A stretch of DNA of 64,000 nucleotides from assembly GCF_009914755.1 (NCBI RefSeq), contig NC_060944.1; one strand, written 5' to 3'. The notes below the pieces were generated by a model. That model saw only the letters and a program-made list of their open reading frames with translations, did not search any database and was not told the DNA's origin. Of the stretch, positions 42,089-54,700 are shown in pieces (positions within the stretch are counted from its first letter, which is position 1; each line of letters begins with the position of its first letter). A program made the position numbers and the translations under genes. This DNA is from the human T2T-CHM13v2.0 reference genome, Homo sapiens.

Positions 42089-45000
42089 GAATTGAATGGA
42101 ATGGAATGCAAAGGAACGGAAAGGAATGGAATGGAATGGAATTGAATGGAGTCAACGCAAGTGTAATTGAATGGAATGGAATGGAATGGAATGGAATGGA
42201 ATGGAATGGAATGGAGATGAATGGAATGGAATTGATTTGAATGGAATGGAATCAACTGGAATGGAATGCAATGGAATGGAATGGAATGGAATGGAATCAA
42301 ATAGAATAGAAACGAATGGAATGGAATGGAATGCAGTGGAATGGAATGGAATGGAATCAACCCGTGTGGAATGTAAGGCAAAGGAATGGAATGGAATGGA
42401 ATGGAATCAACAAAATTGGAAGGGAAGGGAATGGAATAGAATGGAATGGAATGGAATGGAATCTACAAAAGTGGAATGGAATGGAATGGAATACAATGGA
42501 ATGGAATGGAATGGAATGGAATAAACCGGAGTGGAATGGAATGGAATGGAATGCAATGGATTCGATTGGAACTTAATTAACCCGATTGGAATGGAGTGGA
42601 ATGGAATGGAATGGAAAGAAGCCGATTGGAATGCAGTGGACTGAAAAGGAATGGAATTGAAAGGGATGGAATGGAATGGAATGGAATGGAATGCAATGGA
42701 ATGGAATGGAATGGAATGGAATCAACCCGAGTGGAATGGAATAGAATGGAATGGAATGCCATCAACCCAAGTGGAATGGAAAGGAGTGGAATGGAATCGA
42801 ATGGAATGGATTGGAATGGAATGGAATCGAATGCAATCGAATGGAATAGCATGGAAAGTAATGGAATGCAGTGGAAAGGAATCAAGCCAGGTGGAATCGA
42901 AAGGAATGGAATGGAATTGAATGCAATGGAATTGAATGGAATCAAGCCGAGTGGAATGTAATGGCATGGAATGGAGTGGAATGGAATGGAAAGGAATAGA
43001 ATGGATTCAACGCGATTGGAAAGGAATGGAATGGAATGGAATCAACCCGAGTGGAATGGAGTGCAACGGAATGGAATGAAATGGAATGGAATGGAATGGA
43101 ATGGAATCAACGTGATTGTAAAGGAATGAAATGAAATGGAATGGAATGGAATGCAATTGAATCAACTCGATTGGAAAGGAATGGTTGGAATGGAAATGAA
43201 AGGAATGGAATGGAATGAAATCAACCCGAATGGAATGGAATGGAATGGAATGGAATGGAATTTAATGGAATGGAATGGAATGGAATGGAATGGAATGGAA
43301 TGGAATGGAATGGAATGGAATGGAATCACCCAGAGTATAATTGAATGGAATGGAATGGAATGGAATGGAATGGAATGGAATGGAATGGAATGGAATGGAA
43401 TGGATTCAAACCAAATGGAATGGAATGGAATGGATTGGAATGCAATGGAATTGAATGGAATAAACTGAAGTGGAATGGTATAGAATGGAATGGAATGGAT
43501 TGGAATGCAATGGAATGGGAAGGAACGGAATCAACTAGAATGGAAAGGAATGGAATGGAATGGAATGCAGTGGAATGGAATGGAATGGAATCAACCCCTG
43601 TGGAATGTAATGCAAAGGAATGGAAAGGAATGGAATGGAATAAACAAAAGTGGAATGGAAGGGAATGGAATAGAATGGAATGGAATGGAATGGAAAGCAA
43701 TGGAGTCAACCCGAATGGAATCGAATGGAATGGAATGCAAAGGAATGGAATGGAATGGAATGGAATGGACTGGAATGGGATGGAATGGAATGAAACCGAG
43801 TGGAGTGGAATGGAATTGAATGAAATGGAATGGAATAAACTGCAAATGAAAGGAATGGAATGGAATGGAATGGAAACAACCAGAGTGGAATGGAATTGAA
43901 TGGAATGGAATGGAATGGAATCAACCCGAGTGGAATGGAATTGAATCGAATGGAATGGAATGGAATCAACCAGAGTGGAATGGAATTGAATGGAATGGAA
44001 TGGAATTAACCCGAGTGAAATGGAATGGAAAGGAATGGAATGGAATTTAATGGAATGGAATTGAATGGAATCAACCTGAGTGGACTGAAATGAAATGGAG
44101 TGGAATGGAAAGCAATGGAATTGAATGGAATCACCCAGAGTTGAATGGAATTGAATGGAATGGAATGGAATCAACCCAAATGGAATGTAATGAAATGGAA
44201 TTGAATGGAATTACCCCGAGTGAAATGGCATGGAAAGGAACGGAATAGAATTTAATGGAATGGAATGGCATGCAATGGAATCAACCCGATTGGAATGGAA
44301 TGGCATGAAATGGAATACAATGCAATGGAATGGAACCAATAAGAGTGAAATGGATTGGAATGGAATGGAATGGAATGAAAAGGAATGGAAACAACGCGAG
44401 TGAAATGGAATGGAATGGAATGCAACGGAATGGAATGGAATGCAATGGAATGGAATGGAATACTCCAGAGTGGAATGGAATAGAATGGAATGGAATGGAG
44501 TGGAATCAACCCCAGTGGAATGGAACGGAATGGAATGGAATGGAATGGAATGGAATGGAATGGAATGCAATGGAATGGAATGGAATGGATTGGAATCAAA
44601 CCGAGTGTAATGGAATGGAATGGAAAGGAATGGAATGGAATGAAATCAACCCGAGTGGAATGGAATGGAATGGAATGGAATGGGATGGAATAGAATGAAA
44701 TGACGTGGATTGGAACCAATCTGAGTGGAATGGAAAGGAATAGAAAGGAATGGAATTGAAGAGAATGGAATGGAATTGAATGGAATGGAACGGAATTTAA
44801 AGGAATCAACCAGAATGGAATGGACTGTAACGGACGGGAATGGAATGGAATGGAATGGAATGGAATGGAATGGAATGGAGAGGAATGGATTGGATTGGAA
44901 TGGAATGGAATGGAATGGAATGGAATGGAATGGAATGGAATGGTATCAATACAAGTGTAATTGAATGGAATGGAATGGAATGGAATGGAGAGGAATGGAA

Positions 45001-45217
45001 TGGAATTGATTTGAATGCAATGGAATCACCTGAAATCGAATGGAATGGAATGGAATCAACTAGAATGGAAAGGAATGGAATGGAATGGAATGCAGTTGAA
45101 TGGAATGGAATGGAATCAACCCGTGTGGAATGTAATGCAAAGGAATGGAATGGAATGGAATGGAATGGAATGGTATGGAGAGGAATGGAATTTAATGGAA
45201 TGGAGAGGAATGGAATG
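42089..45217 (+). repeat. HOR copy 3 (half-length, 3129 bp, ~3.4 kb deletion)
   Basis: 42109 to 45238. CAACCCGTGTGG at 45117 is followed 55 bp later by GGTATGGAGAGG, versus 3448 bp later in copy 5. Confidence 0.9.
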
Positions 45218-48200
45218 GAATTGAATGGAATGGAATGCAAAGGAACGGAAAGGAATGGAATGGAATGGAATTGAATGGAGTCAACGCAAGTGTAATTGAA
45301 TGGAATGGAATGGAATGGAATGGAATGGAATGGAATGGAATGGAGATGAATGGAATGGAATTGATTTGAATGGAATGGAATCAACTGGAATGGAATGCAA
45401 TGGAATGGAATGGAATGGAATGGAATCAAATAGAATAGAAACGAATGGAATGGAATGGAATGCAGTGGAATGGAATGGAATGGAATCAACCCGTGTGGAA
45501 TATAAGGAAAAGGAATGGAATGGAATGGAATGGAATCAACAAAATTGGAAGGGAAGGGAATGGAATAGAATGGAATGGAATGGAATGGAATCTACAAAAG
45601 TGGAATGGAATGGAATGGAATACAATGGAATGGAATGGAATGGAATGGAATAAACCGGAGTGGAATGGAATGGAATGGAATGCAATGGATTCGATTGGAA
45701 CTTAATTAACCCGATTGGAATGGAGTGGAATGGAATGGAATGGAAAGAAGCCGATTGGAATGCAGTGGACTGAAAAGGAATGGAATTGAAAGGTATGGAA
45801 TGGAATTGAAAGGTATGGAATGGAATGGAATGGAATGGAATGCAATGGAATGGAATGGAATGGAATGGAATCAACCCGAGTGGAATGGAATAGAATGGAA
45901 TGGAATGCAATCAACCCAAGTGGAATGGAAAGGACTGGAATGGAATCGAATGGAATGGATTGGAATGGAATGGAATCGAATGCAATCGAATGGAATAGCA
46001 TGGAAAGTAATGGAATGCAATGGAAAGGAATCAAGCCAGGTGGAATCGAAAGGAATGGAATGGAATTGAATGCAATGGAATTGAATGGAATCAAGCCGAG
46101 TGGAATGTAATGGCATGGAATGGAGTGGAATGGAATGGAAAGGAATGGAATGGATTCAACGCGATTGGAAAGGAATGGAATGGAATGGAATGGAATCAAC
46201 CCGAGTGGAATGCAGTGCAACGGAATGGAATGAAATGGAATGGAATGGAATGGAATGGAATGGAATGGAATGGAATCAACGTGATTGTAAAGGAATGAAA
46301 TGAAATGGAATGGAATGGAATGCAATTGAATCAACTCGATTGGAAAGGAATGGTTGGAATGGAAATGAAAGGAATGGAATGGAATGAAATCAACCCGAAT
46401 GGAATGGAATGCAATGGAATGGAATGGAATGGAATTTAATGGAATGGAATGGAATGGAATGGAATGGAATGGAATGGAATGGAATGGAATCACCCAGAGT
46501 ATAATGGAATGGAATGGAATGGAATGGAATGGAATGGAATGGAATGGAAGGGAATGGAATGGAATGGATTCAAACCAAATGGAATGGAATGGAGTGGATT
46601 GGAATGCAATGGAATTGAATGGAATAAACTGAAGTGGAATGGTATAGAATGGAATGGAATGCATTGGAATGCAATGGAATGGGAAGGAATGGAATCAACT
46701 AGAATGGAAAGGAATGGAATGGAATGGAATGCAGTGGAATGGAATGGAATGGAATCAACCCCTGTGGAATGTAATGCAAAGGAATGGAAATTAATGGAAT
46801 GGAATAAACAAAAGTGGAATGGAAGGGAATGGAATAGAATGGAATGGAATGGAATGGAAAGCAATGGAGTCAACCCGAATGGAATCGAATGGAATGGAAT
46901 GCAAAGGAATGGAATGGAATGGAATGGAATGGACTGGAATGGGATGGAATGGAATGAAACCGAGTGGAGTGGAATGGAATTGAATGAAACGGAATGGAAT
47001 AAACTGCAAATGAAAGGAATGGAATGGAATGTAATGGAAACAACCAGAGTGGAATGGAATTGAATGGAATGGAATGGAATGGAATCAACCCGAGTGGAAT
47101 GGAATTGAATCGAATGGAATGGAATGGAATCAACCAGAGTGGAATGGAATTGAATGGAATGGAATGGAATTAACCCGAGTGAAATGGAATGGAAAGGAAT
47201 GGAATGGAATTTAATGGAATGGAATTGAATGGAATCAACCTGAGTGGACTGAAATGAAATGGAGTGGAATGGAAAGCAATGGAATTGAATGGAATCCCCC
47301 AGAGTTGAATGGAATTGAATGGAATGGAATCAACCCAAATGGAATGTAATGAAATGGAATTGAGTGGAATTACCCCGAGTGAAATGGCATGGAAAGGAAC
47401 GGAATAGAATTTAATGGAATGGAATGGCATGCAATGGAATCAACCCGATTGGAATGGAATGGCATGAAATGGAATGCAATGCAATGGAATGGAACCAATA
47501 AGAGTGAAATGGATTGGAATGGAATGGAATGGAATGAAAGGGAATGGAAACAACGCGAGTGGAATGGAATGGAATGGAATGCAACGGAATGGAATGGAAT
47601 GCAATGGAATGGAATGGAATACACCAGAGTGGAATGGAATAGAATGGAATGGAATGGAGTGGAATCAACCACAGTGGAATGGAACGGAATGGAATGGAAC
47701 GGAATGGAATGGAATGGAATGCAATGGAATGGAATGGAATGCATTGGAATCAAACCGAGTGTAATGGAATGCAATGGAAAGGAATGGAATGGAATGAAAT
47801 CAACCCGAGTGGAATGGAATGGAATGGAATGGAATGGGATGGAATAGAATGAAATGACGTGGATTGGAATCAATCTGAGTGGAATGGAAAGGAATAGAAA
47901 GGAATGGAATTGAAGAGAATGGAATGGAATGGAATGGAATGGAACGGAATTTAAAGGAATCAACCAGAATGGAATTGACTGTAACGGACGGGAATGGAAT
48001 GGAATGGAATGGAATGGAATGGAATGGAATGGAGAGGAATGGATTGGAGTGGAATGGAATGGAATGGAATGGAATGGAATGGAATGGAATGGTATCAATA
48101 CAAGAGTAATTGAATGGAATGGAATGGAATGGAGAGGAATGGAATGGAATTGATTTGAATGCAATGGAATCACCTGAAATCGAATGGAATGGAATGGAAT

Positions 48201-51200
48201 CAACTAGAATGGAAAGGAATGGAATGGAATGGAATGCAGTTGAATGGAATGGAATGGAATCAACCCGTGTGGAATGTAATGCAAAGGAATGGAATGGAAT
48301 GGAATGGAATGGAATCATCAAAAGTGGAATGGAAGGGAATGGAATAGAATGGAATTGAATGGAATGGAATGGAAAGCAATGGAGTCAACCCGAATGGAAT
48401 CGAATGTAATGAAATGCAATGGAATGGAATGGAATGCAATGGAATGGAATGGAATTGAATGGAATGGGATAGGATGGAATGGAATGGAATCAACCAGAGT
48501 GGAATAGAATTGAATGGAATGGAATGGAATGGAATCAACCCGAGTGGAATGGAATTGAATCGAATGGAATGGAATGGAATGGAATGGAATGGAATGGAAT
48601 GGAATGGAATGGAATCAACCAGAGTGGAATGGAATTGAATGGAATGGAATGGAATGGAATCAACCCGAGTGGAATGGAATTAAATGGAATGGAATGGAAT
48701 GGAATCAACCCGAGTGGAATGGAATGGAATGGAATAGAATGGAATGGAATGGAAGGGAATGGAATGGAATTAACCCGAGTCAAATGGAATGGAAAGGAAC
48801 GGAATGGAATTTAATGGAATGGAATGGAATGGAATCAACCTGAGTGGACTGGAATGAAATGGAGTGGAATGGAAAGCAATGGATTTGAATGGAATCAGCC
48901 AGAGTTGAATGAAATTGAACGGAATGGAATGGAATGGAATCAACCCAAATGGAATGTAATGGAATGGAATTGAATGGAATTACCCCGAGTGAAATGGCAT
49001 GGAAAGGAACGGAATAGAAATTAATGGAATGAAATGGAATGGAATGGAATCAACATGAGTGGAATGGAATGGAATGAAATGGAATGCAATGCAATGGAAT
49101 GGAACCAATAAAAGTGGAATCGAATGGAATGAAAGGGAATGGAATCAACCCACGTGGAATGGAATGGAATGGAATGGAATGGAATGGAATGGAATGGAAT
49201 GGAATATACCAGAGTGGAATGGAATACAATGGAATGGAAGGGAGTGGAATCAACCACAGTGGAATGGAATGAAATGGAATGGAATGGAAAAGAGTGGAAT
49301 GGAATGGTATGGAATGGAATGGAATGGATTGGAAACAAACCGAGTGTAATGGAATGGAATGGAAAGGAATGGAATGGAATGAAATCAACCCGAGTGAAAT
49401 GGAATGGAATGGAATGGGATGGAATAGAATGCAATGGACTGGATTGGAATCAATCTGAGTGGAATGGAAAGGAATGCAAAGGAATGGGATTGAAGGGAAT
49501 GGAATGGAATGGAATGGAATAAACCCGAGTAGAATGCAATGGAAGGGAATGGAATCGAAAGTAATGGAATGGCATTGAATGGAATCAACACGAGTGGAAT
49601 GGAATGGAATGGAATGGATTGGAGTGGCACGGAATCAACCCCAGTGGAATGTAATGTAAAGGAATGGAATGGAATGGAGTAGAATGAACCCGAGTCGAAT
49701 GGAATGGTATGGAATGAAACGGAATGGAATGGAATGGTATGGAATGGAATGGAATGGTATTGAATGGAATGGAATGGAATGGAATAGAATCCAATCCAGT
49801 GTAAAGGAATGGAACGGAATGGAATAGAATGGAATGGAATGGAATGGAATGGAATGGAAAGGAATGGACTCTAATGGAATAAATTGCAGTGGAATGGTAT
49901 GGAATGCAAAGTAATATAATGAAAATGAGTGGAATCCACCAAAATGGAAAGGAAAGGAATGGAATGGAATGGAATGAATGGAATGGATTGGAAAGGAATC
50001 AACCCGAGTGGAATGGAAAGGAATGGAATGGAATGGAATGGAATGGAATGGAATGGAATGGAAAGGAATGGAATGGAATGGATTGGAATGGAATCACCCC
50101 GTGGGGAATGGAAAGAATGGAATGCAATGGAAAGCAATGGCATGAAATGGAATGGAAAGGAATCGAATGGAATGGAATGGAATGGAATGGAATCAACCCG
50201 GGTGGAATGGAATGGAATGAAATGGAATGGAATGGAATGGAATGGAATGGAATGGAATGGAATGGAATGGAATGGATTGGAATCAACCTGCGTGGAATGT
50301 AGTGCATTCGAATTGAATGGAATCAACAAGATAGGAATGGAATGAAATGGAATGGAATTCAATGGAATGGAATGGAATGGAATGCAATGGAATCAACCCA
50401 AATGGAATGTAATGAAATGGAATTGAATGGAATTACCCCGAGTGAACTGGCATGGAAAGGAACGGAATAGAATTTAATGGAATGGAATGGCATGCAATGG
50501 AATCAACACGAGTGCAATGGAATGCCATGAAATGGAATGCAATGCAATGGAATGGAACCAATAAGAGTGGAATGGATTGGAATGGAGTGGAATGGAATGA
50601 AAGGGAATGGAATCAACCCGAGTGGAATGGAATGGAATGGAATGGAATGGAATGGAATGGAATGGAATGGAAAGGAATGGAATGGAATGGAATGGAATGC
50701 AATGGAATGGAATACACCATAGTGGAATGGAATAGAATGGAATGGAATGGAGTGGAATCAACCCCATTGGAATGGAATGGAATGGAATGGAATGGAATGG
50801 AAAGGAATGGAATGGAATGGGATGGAATGGGTTGGAATCAAACCGAGTGGAATGGAATGGAATGCAATGGAATGGAAAGGAATGGAATGGAATGAAATAA
50901 ACCCGAATGGAATGGAATGAAATGGAATGGAATGGAATGGAATGGAATGGAATGGAATGGAATGGAATGGAATAGAATGGAATAGAGTGGATTGGAATCA
51001 ATCTGAGTGGAATGGAAAGGAATGGAAAGGAATGGAATTGAAGAGAATTGAATGGAATGGAACGGAATGGAATGGAATGGAATGGAATGGAATGCAATGC
51101 AATGGAATCAACCAGAGTGGAATTGAGTGTAATGGATCGAAATGGAATGGAATGGAATGGAATAAACCTGAGTAGAATGCAATGGTAGGGAATGGAATCG

Positions 51201-51759
51201 AATGGAATGGAATGGCATTGAATGGAATCAACACGAGTGGAATGGAATGGAATGGATTGGATTGGAAAGTTATGGAATCAACCCGAATGGAATGTAATGG
51301 AAAGGAATGGAATGGAATGCAGTGTAATTAACCCGAGTGGAATGGAATGGTATGGAGTGAAATGGAACGGAATGGAATGGTATGGAATGGAATGGAATGA
51401 AAAGGAAAGGAAAGCAATGGAATCAAAACGAGTGGAATGGAATGGAATGTAAAGAAATGAAGTGGAATTCAATAGAATCAACACGAGTGGAATGAAATGG
51501 AAAGGAATTTAACGGAATGGAATGGAATGGAATGGAATTCAATCCAATGAAAAGGAATGGAATGGAACGGAATAGAATGGAATGGAATGGAATGGAATGG
51601 AAAAAATTCGAGTGGAATGGAATGGAATGCAAAGTAATATAATGAAAATGAATGGAATCCACCCGAATGGAAAGGAAAGGAATGGAATGGAATGGAATGG
51701 AATGGAATGGAATGGTATGGAGAGGAATGGAATTTAATGGAATGGAGAGGAATGGAATG
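45218..51759 (+). repeat. HOR copy 4 (full length, ~6542 bp)
   Basis: 45238 to 51780; all markers present. Confidence 0.9.
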
Positions 51760-54700
51760 GAATTGAATGGAATGGAATGCAAAGGAACGGAAAGGAATGG
51801 AATGGAATGGAATTGAATGGAGTCAACGCAAGTGTAATTGAATGGAATGGAATGGAATGGAATGGAATGGAATGGAATTGATTTGAATGGAATGGAATCA
51901 ACTGGAATGGAATGCAATGGAATGGAATGGAATGGAATGGAATCAAATAGAATAGAAACGAATGGAATGGAATGGAATGCAGTGGAATGGAATGGAATGG
52001 AATCAACCCGTGTGGAATGTAAGGCAAAGGAATGGAATGGAATGGAATGGAATCAACAAAATTGGAAGGGAAGGGAATGGAATAGAATGGAATGGAATGG
52101 AATGGAATCTACAAAAGTGGAATGGAATGGAATGGAATACAATGGAATGGAATGGAATGGAATGGAATGGAATAAACCGGAGTGGAATGGAATGGAATGG
52201 AATGCAATGGATTCGATTGGAACTTAATTAACCCGATTGGAATGGAGTGGAATGGAATGGAATGGAAAGAAGCCGATTGGAATGCAGTGGACTGAAAAGG
52301 AATGGAATTGAAAGGGATGGAATGGAATGGAATGGAATGCAATGGAATGGAATGGAATGGAATGGAATCAACCCGAGTGGAATGGAATAGAATGGAATGG
52401 AATGCAATCAACCCAAGTGGAATGGAAAGGAGTGGAATGGAATCGAATGGAATGGATTGGAATGGAATGGAATCGAATGCAATCGAATGGAATAGCATGG
52501 AAAGTAATGGAATGCAATGGAAAGGAATCAAGCCAGGTGGAATCGAAAGGAATGGAATGGAATTGAATGCAATGGAATTGAATGGAATCAAGCCGAGTGG
52601 AATGTAATGGCATGGAATGGAGTGGAATGGAATGGAAAGGAATGGAATGGATTCAACGCGATTGGAAAGGAATGGAATGGAATGGAATGGAATCAACCCG
52701 AGTGGAATGCAGTGCAACAGAATGGAATGAAATGGAATGGAATGGAATGGAATGGAATGGAATGGAATGGAATGGAATCAACGTGATTGTAAAGGAATGA
52801 AATGAAATGGAATGGAATGGAATGCAATTGAATCAACTCGATTGGAAAGGAATGGTTGGAATGGAAATGAAAGGAATGGAATGGAATGAAATCAACCCGA
52901 ATGGAATGGAATGGAATGGAATGGAATGGAATGGAATTTAATGGAATGGAATGGAATGGAATGGAATGGAATGGAATGGAATGGAATGGAATGGAATGGA
53001 ATCACCCAGAGTATAATTGAATGGAATGGAATGGAATGGAATGGAATGGAATGGAATGGAATGGAAGGGAATGGAATGGAATGGATTCAAACCAAATGGA
53101 ATGGAATGGAATGGATTGGAATGCAATGGAATTGAATGGAATAAACTGAAGTGGAATGGTATAGAATGGAATGGAATGGATTGGAATGCAATGGAATGGG
53201 AAGGAATGGAATCAACTAGAATGGAAAGGAATGGAATGGAATGGAATGCAGTGGAATGGAATGGAATGGAATCAACCCCTGTGGAATGTAATGCAAAGGA
53301 ATGGAAAGGAATGGAATGGAATAAACAAAAGTGGAATGGAAGGGAATGGAATAGAATGGAATGGAATGGACTGGAAAGCAATGGAGTCAACCCGAATGGA
53401 ATCGAATGGAATGGAATGCAAAGGAATGGAATGGAATGGAATGGAATGGACTGGAATGGGATGGAATGGAATGAAACCGAGTGGAGTGGAATGGAATTGA
53501 ATGAAATGGAATGGAATAAACTGCAAATGAAAGGAATGGAATGGAATGGAATGGAAACAACCAGAGTGGAATGGAATTGAATGGAATGGAATGGAATGGA
53601 ATCAACCCGAGTGGAATGGAATTGAATCGAATGGAATGGAATGGAATCAACCAGAGTAGAATGGAATTGAATGGAATGGAATGGAATTAACCCGAGTGAA
53701 ATGGAATGGAAAGGAATGGAATGGAATTTAATGGAATGGAATTGAATGGAATCAACCTGAGTGGACTGAAATGAAATGGAGTGGAATGGAAAGCAATGGA
53801 ATTGAATGGAATCACCCAGAGTTGAATGGAATTGAATGGAATGGAATCAACCCAAATGGAATGTAATGAAATGGAATTGAATGGAATTACCCCGAGTGAA
53901 ATGGCATGGAAAGGAACGGAATAGAATTTAATGGAATGGAATGGCATGCAATGGAATCAACCCGATTGGAATGGAATGGCATGAAGTGGAATGCAATGCA
54001 ATGGAATGGAACCAATAAGAGTGAAATGGATTGGAATGGAATGGAATGGAATGAAAGGGAATGGAAACAACGCGAGTGGAATGGAATGGAATGGAATGCA
54101 ACGGAATGGAATGGAATGCAATGGAATGGAATGGAATACACCAGAGTGGAATGGAATAGAATGGAATGGAATGGAGTGGAATCAACCCCAGTGGAATGGA
54201 ACGGAACGGAATGGAATGGAATGAAATCAACCCGAGTGGAATGGAATGGAATGGAATGGAATGGGATGGAATAGAATGAAATGACGTGGATTGGAATCAA
54301 TCTGAGTGGAATGGAAAGGAATAGAAAGGAATGGAATTGAAGAGAATGGAATGGAATGGAATGGAATGGAACGGAATTTAAAGGAATCAACCAGAATGGA
54401 ATTGACTGTAACGGACGGGAATGGAATGGAATGGAATGGAATGGAATGGAATGGAATGGAATGGAATGGAATGGAGAGGAATGGATTGGAGTGGAATGGA
54501 ATGGAATGGAATGGAATGGAATGGAATGGTATCAATACAAGTGCAATTGAATGGAATGGAATGGAATGGAATGGAATGGAATGGAGAGGAATGGAATGGA
54601 ATTGATTTGAATGCAATGGAATCACCTGAAATCGAATGGAATGGAATGGAATCAACTAGAATGGAAAGGAATGGAATGGAATGGAATGCAGTTGAATGGA

